From Chara braunii (Eukaryota > Plantae > Charophyceae), in the NCBI GenBank assembly GCA_003427395.1, contig BFEA01000004.1, positions 8,517,688 through 8,581,687 of the forward strand: 64,000 nucleotides of DNA, read 5' to 3'. The notes under the pieces are model-generated. The model searched no databases. It saw nothing but the letters and a program-made list of their open reading frames with translations, and was not told the origin of the DNA. Both the position numbers and the translations under genes were made by a program. Below are positions 12,802 to 27,649 of this stretch, piece by piece (the stretch's first letter is position 1; each line of letters opens with the position of its first letter).

Positions 12802-12970
12802 CAGGAAGATGCATCCATTGCAAAAGGGTAAATAGAACAGCCACCACGGGAAATGGGACAGGCGGTCCGGTAGGGGCATTCCGAAAAGTTGCGCCCCTCA
12901 CTGACAGGGGCCTGCACGAAAGTTCAGAGGGCCCAGGGGCAAATCAGGGTAAGTCGGCCGTCGGAGGGGC
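12424..12970. mobile_element. Non-autonomous TIR element (Mutator-like MITE) with an internal (CA)n(GA)n tract
   Basis: 36-bp inverted repeat with 1 mismatch, 12470-12505 / 12935-12970; repeated tgcccct motifs typical of MULE TIRs; TSD not found. Confidence 0.65.
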
Positions 12971-13741
12971 TGTCAGTTCCGCTGATTTTCTTCCTTTACG
13001 TTTTTTTTCTTTTTATATAAAAAAAAAACTCCAGGAAAAACGGCTGTCAGCTCCATCGTTTTCTACTTCAGAAGTAATAAGAAGAGAACGTTGAGAGATC
13101 GCGACCCTCATCATGACTGAATCTGGCCTGCAAGAACCCTACCATACAGACTGCAAGAACCCTACCATACACACAGAGTGTTACGCGGACTACAGGTTAC
13201 TAAAAGCTTTCAGGCCAACGCGCGGCCTCTAAAAAAATATTTTTTTGGCTGCCCATTTCTTATTTTACGCGAGCAGGGGGCCGGGTCTACTACCACCCCT
13301 CACAACTTTTTTCTTTTTTTTTCGACCCCCGTTTTTTTAGGTGCGCCACATGCAATGCACGCGCGTCGTGCGGGATGCTCAGTGCGGCGCACGTGCGCAG
13401 TACAGCGCATCGCGATGCGCCGCATGTATGGTCTAGACACATCAATAATGACTATATGTTGCATTCGGATGAAGATGGTAGAATGTGTTCTTGCTCCTAT
13501 ACCTCTTTCATAAAATTCTAACAAATTTTCCCGTTCTTCAAAAACCCAAACAAAAGGGGTTAATGAAGGTTGGCCAACAGGAGCATGGTCCCACTAGCAA
13601 CGGGATAGGATAGAAAAGATTTTGTGCGGGAGTTGAGTGACCCAAATCGTGTCATGCAGTACTCTTGATCCCACGATCAGTATTTTACATATATTACCCA
13701 AAAAAGTAAGGAGATATTTGTTCCACTCCTCCTCTCCTTAA

Positions 13742-14204
13742 ACCACCAGTACTTGGCCCAGCTATTGAAGCCGAGCCTGAATTATGCTTGCGCGCCGATT
13801 TTTGCCGAGCCTCTGTCAAAATTAAAAAAAGTCGGTACCGATACCGGTACCGCGTTTCGGCACTGCGGCCTCTTTTGTTGGTTTTCTTTGAGGGACATCT
13901 TGTAGTCGTTCCGCCAGTAAGTGCACATCAGTTCCGTACAGAGCAGCGTTAGCTTTATTTCTTTGTATTTTTTTTCCTTTTCGTGTTTTCGGTTTCCGTA
14001 CAGTCGCCGCGTGAGGCTCAAGGCTGCGTGGCGATGTTTTTGGTCCGTCCGTTCCCGCCTCCGCCGTCTTCGTGTCCTCCTGCCTGGCCCTCGTCGCTCC
14101 TACACCGTCGCACTGTCAATCGCCCCGCGTGGCCATCAATGTCACAACTTACACTACATTCATGAAGATGGCAACGTATCTTTCCCTGTTGTTCGGGTGG
14201 ATTC

Positions 14205-14250
<46 letters not shown>

Positions 14251-14289
14251 GCCTTTCCCCTGACGAAAGGCAGCGCGTTCGACTGACCC

Positions 14290-14345
<56 letters not shown>

Positions 14346-14685
14346 CATGCGACGGGCTGGACGTGGAAGCGGGGCGATGGCAGAGCGGGCGGACAAGTGC
14401 AAGCACCCGACGTGAAACCGCCTGTCTGTTTTCTTTTGTTTTTTTTTTCCGCCTTTCGGTTCACGACAACTTTCATCCCTACAGCTCAATGATTTCCGTA
14501 CGTTGGCTGGCCGGCCAGGCACAAACGGTCGTAAACCTATGTCCCTTGTCGAACTACCGGCCTTGTCCCGACTGGGCCCGCGAGGCCTTCACAAATAAAA
14601 CTGCCGAACCGGCACCGAGGCCCTGGGGTCGCGGCGCGTATACGGGAAGGCCCCGCGGCCGATGTATGGGCCAAGTACTGGTGGT
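13742..14685. mobile_element. Non-autonomous DNA transposon with perfect TIRs and a TTAA (or TA) target site
   Basis: TTAA-ACCACCAGTACTTGGCCCA ... TGGGCCAAGTACTGGTGGT-TTAA; no transposase ORF; internal (TC)n tracts. Confidence 0.9.
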
Positions 14686-14766
14686 TTAACACTGGGCATG
14701 CCCGTGCAAAGGAAGCTTCCTGCCAAAATCTTTTCAATCCGTTGGGGGTATGGCCAACCCCAAAAG

Positions 14767-15454
14767 AGGGTGGGATCGGGCATAGGCCCACTGGATAGAA
14801 GATTTTCAGTATTTTGCTTGCTGTTGTGCAATTATCTCATTGGTTGGAGCCCTCCTTCAATCACGGAGTATGGAGGGCTGGAGCCCTCCTTCAATCACGG
14901 AGTATGGAGGGCTGGAGCCCTCCTTCAATCACGGAGTATATGGAGGGCGTCATGATCACTGCTGACAGAAGTCGAGTTTATTCCAGAAAATGTGGCAGTT
15001 ACTTTGTTCACTGTTGTTGCAACCACCACCATCAGATCATTCGTGATCTGATGGCTGGGAAGCACTCTGCTGTGATTTCCGGCGGGAGGTCTCTGTTTTT
15101 TTTTTTTTTTTTTTTTTACCTTTCTCCTGTTTTCTCAGCCCAGAAATTCGTGATGAACCTGTCAGGCTGCTGCCACTCAGTGTCACACTGGATCGGCCAC
15201 ACTCCTATCCGACTGCTAATAGGGTGGGATCGGCCACAGGCCCACTGGATAGAAGATTTTCAGTATTTTGCTTGCTGTTGTGCAATTATCTCATTGGGTG
15301 GAGCCCTCCTTCAATCACGGAGTATATGGAGGGCTCCATGATCACTGCTGACAGAAGTCGAGTTTATTCCATAAAATGTGGCAGTCACTTCGTTCACTGT
15401 TCTTGCAACGGCCACCATCAGATCATTTGTGATCTGATGGTTGGGAAGCACTCT
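14767..15454. repeat. Pair of ~235-300 bp direct repeats (14767-15068, 15221-15454); copy 1 carries a triplicated ~34-bp hairpin unit
   Basis: agggtgggatcgg...gggaagcactct occurs twice; tggagccctccttcaatcacggagtatggagggc x3 in copy 1 and x1 in copy 2. Confidence 0.85.
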
Positions 15455-18129
15455 ACCGGCGAATATGTTGACACCACCAGTGGGCCTAGCTGCCGACGAA
15501 CTATTGAAGTACAGGCCCACATTCGAATCCGAATGCAACCCGATGACCAAAATAAAATCATTCTGAATTACCTGGGACCGGTAAGTGCAATGATGGTGCT
15601 CTGGAATTCTTGGCGGCATCTGACCGTCTTCCTCATTAGGGACATACGATTTCAGAGATGGTCGAATCCGGGCTGATAACTGCAGAGTTGCGTTGTTCTG
15701 AGCCCCTGGTTTGCCGATGCCAGACCGGCGCTGGCCGTAGCTGGGGTGTTGCCCTGTAACCTGCAAATGGCAGGAGTGTGAGGCCTTGTAGAGAGGCCTG
15801 GGGATTTGTCGAGGGAGGAAGGCAATCCAATGGCGAGCTGGGGGGGCCTGCCTTGACAACCTATGGGTCCAGGGTTAGTCTAGGTGGCGAGAACAAGTCA
15901 GCTATGGTTGACGTCGGCTAGGATGGCATCATCTGTGAGATGGAATGTCCTGATACAGGGAAGACTAGGAGTTGTTCTAGAATTAGGAGGCCAGATTTGC
16001 TGATACAGCATAGATACTAATCTCCATCATCTTTAGCATCATCATCATTAGTATCATTATCTCACAGTTTTCATAGAATCAGCAGAAGTTCATCGTCATC
16101 ATTATTGTCATCATTATGATGATCATCATATGAGGGACACTAAGCCCGGTGCTCGGCATGTTCGGTTCGGTTACTCCGGGTAAACTGTGAGGACCCCAGC
16201 CTCAATCTTCTTATTTGTAATATCAGCCTTGGGCACTTGGCCCGGTTATTTAAAAAACAAAAAAAAAAAAGGATGTCACCCTTTTATTTTCTCTTTTAAT
16301 TTCTAATTTCTTCTTTTACATTAAAAGCTAATCCACCCACATGTGGGATCTCACCACTGTGGACGAAGGAAAGACAATTGCAACAGAACAGCTGTGAAGT
16401 TGTGTGAATTGAATTACCGCAGCCAGCCAACCATTGATTAAATCCAAAGGTTGTCAGGCTGTTCCCCTTTGGGGAAAAAAAAAAAAAAGGTATATCGGGG
16501 TTTGGTTTGCTCGTGCTTCCAATGATCTTAGGTCTCTTCCGCTTGTCACTCCTGGTAGGGGGGGGGGGGGGGGGGGGGGGGGCAGAGGGGTGCTTGTACG
16601 AACCTGTGTTGTGCATTCAGGAGTAAGTTGATCGGTTGGGGTAATACACAGGGGCTAGCTTGTCTGGGGAAGGTCTTACCGTGGTATCCAGTGGCAGATA
16701 TGGTTGCACCTATAGACGGACCCTGCTAGAATTGCAGGAACTGCTCATAGTAGTATCGTACATGTTATTGAATGAGCATTGAAGAACCCCCATTTGAACC
16801 CTGCTTGAACATAGTAAGTACTTGAGTATAGTGTAATACTCGGGCCCAGAGAACCCTAGGTCTTCTACTCCCTACCTCTCCCTAGGGAGGCCTCTCTCTA
16901 GATGTCTGGGTGTGACATACCAGCTTCTGAGCCTGCGTCATCTTCCGGACCCCTTCTCTCTCTCTTTTTCTTTTCAACTTTTGCTCGGGCCAACAAGGCC
17001 CCTCTCTGTTTTGATTAAAGGTGCCTTGCTGAGACCCGTGTTTCCAGCCTCGTTGATTCTTGAAATTCTGTTTTCATAATTTGGGAAATGCATGGGAATT
17101 GCGCACGCTTTAGTAAGCGCGCTGGGAATTTGGCCCGGCAGTTAGAAATTTCGAAATAAACGAAACCCGACATGTCCTTTTTGTGCATGAATGTTCTCGA
17201 CTACGTCCCGGAAAACTCTGGGAATTTGGTGGGAATACGAATGGATGTGGGACTGCCTTTTCCCGCACCTACTTTACATGCGGATATGGTGATTTCAATT
17301 TTTGAATTAGCATAGGACTTAGGAATCTGTAACTGTTTTGGTGCCTCTTTTTGCATTTGTGATCGGCGCCATGCAAGCGAGCTTCCCCCTTTCTGCTCCC
17401 CTTGCCATCTTTGACGATCCCTCCGCACCCGCGCTCCCTCTTCCTCTGTAACCGTTTTCCCCTCTCTCTCTCTCTCGCCCCGAGCGCCTTTTCTCTTTCT
17501 TGATCATCTGGATCTTGGATCCGTTTCGCGCTATCCTGCGCACCCTCCTCCCTTCCACTCTGAGTCCTACGCCCAAGAACCCGGTCGATCCTCTCTTCAC
17601 TTCGTTTAGCCAAGGAGAAGCGTCGTGTAAGAGGAAACTCCTATGACGCGACGACTCTGATTGGCTACGATCGGACTCAGAAGGCTCAACATGGCTTTCG
17701 CCGGGCGATTATCCCCAAGTCCTCCCTCACCCTTCCCTGACTCAATCTTCATCCTCCCTCGTATCTACCTCCCTTTCCGCAACTATAAATTCCGCAAGCG
17801 CGCCTGCAAAACTCTCTCTCAACTCATCTGCTAGCTTCCAGGAAGCAGTGGCTAGATGGTATGTCTGGAGTGCGAGTCGGAAAGTCCCGACGGGCTGACT
17901 GTAGGTTGGCCGGCGGTGCGCCTGATCGCCACGACAGACTGTGGGATCCGGGCAGGCCGTGTCGAGACTAAGCCGGCGGGGTGACGATCGCAGTGGTGGA
18001 AGGTGGCACGTGACGACCGGGATGGTCAGTGCATACACGGGGAGAGTGATTGCAGTTGAACTGGTGAATGACCCGGGGCCATAGTGGAACTTCACGACGG
18101 ATGCGCCTCCTTGTCTCGAATCTATTCCT

Positions 18130-19230
<1,101 letters not shown>

Positions 19231-19586
19231 CTCTTTTTCATCATCGGATCTTGGTGTAATTCTCATCTATCTTGTCTGCTCCGCGTCTTTTCCTCCCTAC
19301 CTCCTCTCTCTCCCTCTATGATATGAACGGTCATGGATGCTTGTCGATCTATTGCACACGAGGGATGAGATGGTTGTTTTGACTGACGCTTAATTAGTCA
19401 CAAGGATGACGGGGCAGGGGTGCAGAGCACACAGAGAACTGAGTGGTGTGTGTGGCCGCCATTTTCGCACCTTCCTTTGATGAATATCTGTGGGAGATGA
19501 ACGAGAATGCTTGGATGATGTCATAATGAGACGATTGCCTGAAAGACTTGTCTCCGATTAGATCGTTGGATCGTTGTGATTGACGT

Positions 19587-20156
19587 GTGGAATGCATGCT
19601 AGATAAGGATTTCGCTGTTGCCATGCGGACTGATTGTCCCAAGCCAACTGGGCGTCGGCCTCCCGCATCCCTGCCACGCCCCTTCCCATATAACGAGAAG
19701 AGGACACGTGTATGCGAGTGGGACGTACGAGAAGCCGTCGCCAAGTTCGGCGGAAGATACTACTTCCCTCCTGAGACCCGATGCTCTGGATTTGTCGGTG
19801 CTGGTTTCGTTATTGTGGACACACACTTTCCGCTTTATTCGTTACTATTGCCGTTTAATGAGCTAATTGTCATCCCGTGGTCGGCAGTTGCGCCCCATTG
19901 GCCTAACACTCTGTGCAGCGATTGTCGCCGCTTCGAGCGTTACCAATCAAAGGGCTTTCACTACCGAGTACGAAAGGAAGATGAGCATAAGGAAAGAGTC
20001 ACTCGGTTAAGACCTTCCACGTCAGATTCAGAGTTGTGTAATGAGCAGTGTTGGGACTTGACCCGGAAACGGGATACCAAGTATGTGCCGGCCCCTTTCC
20101 ACGCGAAACGAAAAGCGACGGCTCGATGGAAAGTTCAACGATACTTTTTGGATTGA
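19587..20156 (+). CDS. Orphan 189-aa ORF, possibly a TE-borne or pseudogene remnant
   Basis: Open non-low-complexity frame; no recognisable motif; non-ATG start. Confidence 0.25.
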   Translation: MECMLDKDFAVAMRTDCPKPTGRRPPASLPRPFPYNEKRTRVCEWDVREAVAKFGGRYYFPPETRCSGFVGAGFVIVDTHFPLYSLLLPFNELIVIPWSAVAPHWPNTLCSDCRRFERYQSKGFHYRVRKEDEHKERVTRLRPSTSDSELCNEQCWDLTRKRDTKYVPAPFHAKRKATARWKVQRYFLD

Positions 20157-20399
20157 ATTTCTTCGCGCCGTGCGTCTCGCGCTGTCGCACTTTTTCCAGT
20201 CGGGCCACTTCGGGCGACCGGAAAGCCAACAGGCTGTCACGCAGGATTTTGTATGTGATTGCAATAAATAAATTGATTAAATAATGCAATCCCTTCCTGC
20301 TGTGTGCGTCCTGCTTCGAGCGAGACCCTTCAATTGCGGTCTTCGCCGGTCCTCGGTCTTAGGAATCTTTTATTTTGATTCGGAACAGCAGAGAATTAT

Positions 20400-23300
20400 G
20401 CAAATAATAATCATAAAGTTATGGAGTGCTATGCATGCATCAATTATGTCAACCTGATTTTGAGAACTGTGACAAAACATCCACGAAGACGATCTTCAAG
20501 CAAAAATAATGCAGAAAATAAGACCAACTGACTCGAGCAAAGACATGGGCAATTGAATGAGGGAAGAATGAGAACTCGTAATAATCTCAGGAAGTACATG
20601 TAAACAGGCAGGGTCAACACCTCTCACGAGTCCTCACTCATCCCTTAGGTCAGTCTCTCTCAATCTCTTTTCATTGATCTTCTCTGGTGCCGTGACCCAC
20701 GCCCATGTACAATCTGAGACTGAGGCTTCGTGACAAAAAGCCACCTGTAGCCAGCAAGCTCTGAACACGACCATCCGAGGCACATGACCCGGTAATCAAC
20801 CATGGAGAAAAACTCCTCCCACAGTGTGGGCAGCCCATCCACTGAAAAGACCCCTCGTTTGAGGTAGGGATACTCGGTGGGCTCAGTTAGAGCCTCGATG
20901 TCGATCACCGCAGGAGAGATGTACCTCCTTGCCAAACCAATCACATCCAGCCAACTCGTGCCATCTGCGAGAAGAGAAGGGACTGGAGGCTTAGGATAGT
21001 CAGTATAGAGCATAGGCCCAAAGCTACGGATCAGTGTAGTGTCACTCTCATCGAGCTCTCTCTCTCTCTGCTCGAGGTATTCAGTAGCTTAGATCCAAAC
21101 TGGATCAAAAAGCTCATGAGTCTCCTTGCCTTTCTTCAGGTAAGGCCTCAGATCGTGGATAGTGCCATCAACAAAACTGGTCTGGACAATGAAGATTGAC
21201 AAGTCCTCTCTCTTGAAGCAAACTCACTGACATATCGATACCGAATAGCCTCCTTGAGAGAGATTCGATTAAGGCTGGCTAGTACCGAGTCACTAACCAA
21301 ATAGAAGTGAGGTGCACTCATGTGTGATGATGATTATTGCTTGCTGGCTGTTGTCTGAACGCTGATTGATAAACTGATTGCCAAACTGATTGCCGAACTG
21401 ATTGCTGAACCGATTCCCGAACTGATTGCCGAACTGATTGGTGAACTGATTGCCGAACTGATTGCTGAACTGATTGCCGAGCTGATTGCAGAACTGACTG
21501 TTGAACTGATTGCTGAATGGATTTCGAAATAGCAATTTCAGGCGCCGCTAAACTCACCCGAGTTTTGCCCTGGCCTGCTCCACAGTCTCTATCATGGAAC
21601 TGGTGCTGTGCAGTTTGCTGTCAGGCCCATAGAAATAAATTACGTACTCGATGAACTTCTTCTCGTTTGCAACTCCGACTGCATACTCCTCTGCACTTGC
21701 GTGTTGTTTTCCATGTCTTTGATGGCTTCTTCCTCCCATCCCTCTCTCTTTTCTCTTATTAGAGTGCTTTTCACCACTAGGATCTCATTATCCTTCATTT
21801 TCCCTCTTTTGTTTTGATCAGATTCTCAGCAGTGAACCCCGAGTTCCGGGTAGATAATTACAAATATGAAGTAGCTCGTGTGTCGACTAGATGGTGTTTG
21901 ATAATTGTCTGGCTGGCGTTTTTTTTTACTGTTTTTGACTGTTGTTCGTTCCGCTGTCCGGCTGCTGTTTGAAAACTGTCTAAGGATTGCTTGATCACTG
22001 TTTAACTGTTGCTGGCAGTAGCTTGAATACTACTGATTATCACTTAGTTGTCTGCTTGGTTGCTAATTGTCCTCTAGATTGCCGATTGTTCTATTGATTG
22101 CTAAATTTATTGTTGAACTGGTTGCCGAACTGATTGCGGTCTTGGTTGCTGTCTCCCCGAGTGCTGTTCGGGTATAAAGTCACTGTTTAAGTATCGCCTG
22201 GACTGCTGTTTACTCTGGTTTGCTCTGCCCTTTGTCTTGTCAACTGAACTGATGCTAGACCACGCTCTGAATGTCGGGTTAATGAACTGAAAGCCCTAGT
22301 CTGATTGTTGTTAAATACTAGTTCTGGTTACAGGTTTGGGTGCTGACCCAGTCACAAATCTGTCACATCTCACTGTCTTTTCTCTGCTTAGTGCTTTGTT
22401 GTATGTCCGATTTAAACTGGTCCCGATTCAAAGCACATTCCCTCTTGGCTCGTTCTTGCCTATGCTAGGTGCATGCACGTTTACTCAAGAGGCAAACGTT
22501 TCCTCTTTCTCACTGGCAACCGCAAATGGTCCGTGTAGCTTCCTCGAGGGTGCCCACAGAGGGAATAGTGGCACATAATCTTCCACTCATATCATGTAAG
22601 TACTAGGTATATTCGATTTTCGTATGATTCCTTACTAGGGTCAGAGCACGCTCCGTCATGATAGTCGTCTGCAGATTATACTCTTCGATTGCGTTTTCTC
22701 TCCAATCTTCAGTTGTACCTTGATGCAATGAGCATGTCACTCTAATCGTGTCCCCATCTTCCATCTCTCCGCAGTAATCCGTTGTACTAAAGCCCAATCA
22801 AATCCGGGGGTAGAGACGATTCTCAGTTGTCCTCACCTTAGATTCCTGGTTCTGCCTCGGTACGACGAACAGATCGTCCGTACAATATTGTTATCTCTTG
22901 TCTCTCAGTTCGACCCATCCGTGCAAGGTCCTGGACCGAAAGAACAATGCCCTAAACAGGCAATGATCAGGTAAGGCTGACAGGAAATAAAAGTTGCTAA
23001 TGAGAGGCTTCATGCAAGCAACCCAGTTCCTTCAGGCCGTTAACCCCCAGGTACATGTCGGACTAGCTGGGCTCAAGGCACCATGCTTGGTCATGGACAA
23101 TTCTGAGAAGTTGATTTTGTAGTTTTTGTACTCAATGACAAGGATGATGAGTGTAACTTTTACTTAGGCCCACTTCTCCTTAAAGAAATTTACTGCTCTT
23201 TTTTCCTGAACAGCCGGTCTCTGATCGAGCACAGTTACATTTTGCTCGTCTCGTAGCACAGGGTAATGCGTGAACTGATCAAAGGCTAAGCAATAAATAG

Positions 23301-26300
23301 CCTCCATTTACAAATCAGACAAGAGAACTAAAGCGTTCGGAACTCAGGGTGCGCTGGACTGACACCAGAGTTCAGAGAACGGATGCATTAAACACCATCA
23401 GCAGTGAGCCTCAATCAAGTGATCCTTTTAAATTACACTGATTAGGCTCAGTACTCGGAAACGGCTGAGGGTTACCCAACTGTACGTGCAGACTCACAGT
23501 CTCAACGAATAACAAAGGGTCGTTGAGTGAGGTAAAACGAGTTCTCACTCGTGACCTCAATTAGTTGAAATATTTTCCCCGATTGAGATATAACCAAAGT
23601 CTTCAGAAAAACGCGCCCAAGCTTAGTATGATAATGTTCAGATGCAGAGTAGAAAGGAAGCCATCTCGCCGTTTTGAGTCTCTCAGTTCTGGTTCGGTAC
23701 CGAAAGGGGCATAGGGAGTAAATTTGCTAACACTCTTAATCCGTTTGTAATGCACGTCTTTTTGTTTATTTTATCTAACTCATAGAGATAGGAGCCTTGG
23801 CCAATTGCATCGGGTGTTTTTATGCATATAGAAGGGTAGTGATGTTAGTACTTACCACAGGGAACATGTTAGAATATGCCAGTTGCTCTCTATTCTAAAA
23901 ATGCAATGTAGACATCCTTCCCCAGGAAGGCGAACGAGCTAGCTCACCCTCTCAGAATGAACGAGGACTGAGTCCCTGAGGCATGGTGGACTACTATAAA
24001 AGAACTCATGTCACTCCCTTATGAAATTGAGACGCAACCAAACACAGGTGGGACAAACGGCCAGTCACCATCGAGTAGGAACTTCGCAAGCAAGTATGCA
24101 ATCTTTCTGAACATAGCACGCTTCTTTCCCATCATACAGGCACAAGCAATCACATAAAATGAAAGGAAGACTACTCTCGATCATCTCGTTTAGCACAGTC
24201 ATGTTCAAAGGACACCGGATACTAATCAAGAAACTCGCCAGGTTCAGACAACAGCCTTTCCCACGACTTTTCTTCCTGGCGAGAGGTGAAGAAAGTAATT
24301 GTTGACTATTGCAAGAGCAAACTAAAGAGATGAAACTCGGATTTTAATCAAACAAGTTTCAATTAAACTCAAATATTTTAGCAGATACCTTGCAGTTGAT
24401 GCACATTACAGACAATCACTAACCGGTACTGATACAGAGTGGTCTTGCAAGTACTGGATCATGAAACTATTGCCCTCCGTTGGTGTATGTCTGAGTCATA
24501 AGGGAACTCAAGTACAAGTTTGATAGAACAACACTTTCAAAGGGCCGTGACTCGTTTATATCTCCCAAAACCGCTCCATCAATACCCAGATCATGCGAAA
24601 GAACATTACCGTTTTCGCTCAAGACATGCAACCTGATTCAAGATCTCAGTCATCACTCCCACATCCCATTTGACGTGTTCGCTTTAAATGGCAAGAAGCT
24701 CGCGGTTCTAGTATACACCCATGTAGAGCTCACTCGTGTCGTCTCCTCCCCCACTTATGCGAAAAGGAAAACTGATGAGGACGTGATGAAGAGCACACCC
24801 CCATTAAAGGGTAATCACTAACGCGACGTTCTTACTCAACGAACAACTTCGACTTTACCCTTCCCCGATAGTTATCACTCACCCTTTAGTCTCATCAACT
24901 AATAGTCTTAGCTCTACCCTCTGTAACCTCTATTTAGAGCGCACGTGAAGTCTGGCTTTCTCTCGTAGGCTCACACACGCGCTAAGTAGCTAAACACGCG
25001 CATGTAACCAACTGTCCGAACACCAATAGCGTGCCCTCAATAGTTCAGACTCCGCTGATCTCGTTCTCTCTCACTAACAATCTCAACTGACCTCAAAGCT
25101 GTCTTTCAGCCATCCCAATTACATCGGTCTCAAGCTTCCCTTCTAGTTCATGAAGTGACGCTTCATCTTACAGATCACCTGCCAACCAGTCCAGGCATGT
25201 TCGTACGCAATTTCCACTCAAGAAGGGCAGCAGGTATAGAGTCAACTAATAATATCCCGCTCGAAGACCATCACCACACCACACTGGTAAGACAGATGAT
25301 GCCAACAAGTGCGTGTTGGCAGACTCTTTTTCCCCATACACGATGCACTCTTTGGCGTGACACGACTTTCCCCTCTTGTAACAGCCTCGTGATCCCGCTA
25401 GTCGTCTTGGAGTTGGATCGAGTAGGCTGGAACATGCCTCACGTCATCCGTACGCAGATGACTGCCTTGTGTCCTCTTACACGATCAGCGAGTACTGAGC
25501 GCTCGATGGTCCAACCTCTGCTGACCAATGATGCGAGTCACTGGTACTCTTTTCACTGTGAGATCAGCTTTTTGCACGCGCACTACACTGGAGAGTAAAG
25601 GATAGCAGTTGACGTCACCTCTACCGCCGCAATTCGCACCCGGTTACTCTCAGTTGACTCTCTCTTCCCTTTGGGCTCTGTCCCCTGTCATCCGCGCGCA
25701 CATTCCACGCGTGTCACCTCTTTCCCTCAACAGAGTTGGGCTTCGCCTCAAACAGACTGCCCGCACATAACCGTTTCTCGTCTTCTTGTTTTGTCTTCCA
25801 CTAATCTCGCGCGCACATACTACAAGCTCGCCCGCCGCGCGTCGTCCTCTCTCTTGTCACACTGATGCTGTGAGACACCGGGCCCCGACTGCCTGCCACA
25901 CGTGTCGCTCCCCTCTCGCCTCACACTGTCTCTCCCTTCGATGACCCCTTCGCCGCGCATGTGCTCTCTCAGACCTGCCTTTTCCCCTTGCTCGGCCTAT
26001 CACCTGTCCCGCGACCCCGGGGTGTCAGTTGTCGCGAGCTTGCCTCGGGTCCCTTTTCCACCGGTTCCGCGGCTCGGTGGTGCTTTTGGATCTCCTCTGG
26101 TCTGTTTCAGGACCTAAGATCCGTCTCTCGGTCTGCGTCGCTCATCTCACTCTCCCCTCCCGNGTCTCTGTCCTGGTGGATCTGCTCCATGTCCGCCGTG
26201 TCCATCGAGGTCTCAGTTTCGTGACAGACCACAGTTATCCATAGCCTTGCCGTCACTCCATCCCGTCTACAGCGTCTCTCAGCTCGGTCTCTCGCCTCCG

Positions 26301-27580
26301 AAATCGCGTCCTGCAACTTCGGGTTAGTCCGCATCTCCCCCTCTCTTGCTCCCTCCACGTCGATCTTCAATACCAACTCATGTCCACCGTCATAGTTGAG
26401 TATGACGGTGATCCATGGCCCTTCCCCGAACACTGGTTTCCAATGGGCCTGGTGGTACCAGTACCCGGGCCTGTACCCATGCAGCACCATAGCCAATAGC
26501 CAGCGCCTGCCCAGTAAACAGCGCAGCGTAAAGTCACCAGCTTCCAATAGCACACCCTTCTACACCGGAGCCTGCGGTACAGACTGCGTGCTACCAGGCG
26601 GCTGGCTGCCGCGATATCCCGACTCATCCTCTCTTATAGGGCTTCCCTCTCTGCGTTCTGAATGAAGGACTCAGATTAGTCCTTTCAGACTTACCACATT
26701 TCAAGAATTTTAAGCAACAGACTAATAATTAAACTTTTCCTTACCTTTATTCTTGGGGATAATATTCAATCCAAAAAAAAAAACATCGGTTGATCGTGAA
26801 CTAATACTGACACCTGTCCGTCCTAGACCCTAGCGATATGACTGCAGACCCGGCATGGTGGTCCCATAACGGGGTACTCGAAGTCACTTCTCCCTTTTTA
26901 AATTGCAGCGCAGGCCCATCTTCATCGGGTACCCATGTCCGATGGCAAGGAGGGGGCTTATGACCCTCCACAGGGGGGTGATAGACCTCCTACCGATGTG
27001 GCCGTGGGTCACCCTCCTTTTGAAGTCTCATCGCACGGTGCCAGATCAGGGCTCACCCGCAGATAGTATATGCAAGGTCGGCCCAAGCCACAGATCGATG
27101 GTTCGAAATTCGAACCGTTGGCTTCCCGCGAAAGGACAGGCCAACAGGCAGAAATCAAAATTAGAAAACTAAATAATAATAATAAAAATAATAATAATAA
27201 TAATAGTAATAGTTGCGGAAAGGAAGGGACGGCGTTTCAAAATCCTTCCGCGTGGCTCTGTCCATAAAGTAAGTCACCGTGGCAAATACGTCCATAGGCC
27301 TGAGCATCAGAGTGAGGTCTGGTACCAAACAGGGATTTGGCACACGGAGGAGGGTTGGGATACCGCGCCCTCCGACAGCGCGCGCCTTCTTTTCCCTCAA
27401 AACCCGCGCAGTGACGGACCCTCCCCCCCCCCTTACTAATTCGGACCGGCACAGGGGATCCCCGCACTCAATTTCCCAAAAATCCTTAGCACACCCCATC
27501 TTGCTGCCTTCCTGGGTCCCCCTCCACAATTTTAAACACTCCGAACGGAAGGCAGGACAGGGCGTGAGGTTGAGCGTCAC
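20400..27580 (-). mobile_element. Highly degraded LTR-retrotransposon-like region
   Basis: Minus strand begins TGTGACGC at 27580 (LTR-like terminus); coding-like remnants at 26107-26553 and 20660-21750; faint frameshifted RT traces (QLQG.AKIF..KL.D.KS.FH) at ~24330-24410. Confidence 0.45.
21355..21518. repeat. 12-bp minisatellite (ccgaactgattg)n, ~13 copies
   Basis: Direct reading; encodes (QSVR)n or (NQFG)n on the minus strand. Confidence 0.9.
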
Positions 27581-27649
27581 AGTACCATGGGTTTCCTGGT
27601 TAGAAGGGGGCCTTCATAATGGAGGGGAGTGAGTGGGTCGTATGTCTAG

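Noticed and set aside
14845-14950. 34-bp palindromic repeats x3 resembling CRISPR repeats
   Set aside because: No spacers; local slippage of a hairpin that is single-copy in the second direct repeat
26857-26875. CA-TGGTGGTCCC as a primer-binding site
   Set aside because: Only ~10 nt of plausible tRNA match, and its orientation conflicts with the neighbouring minus-strand remnants
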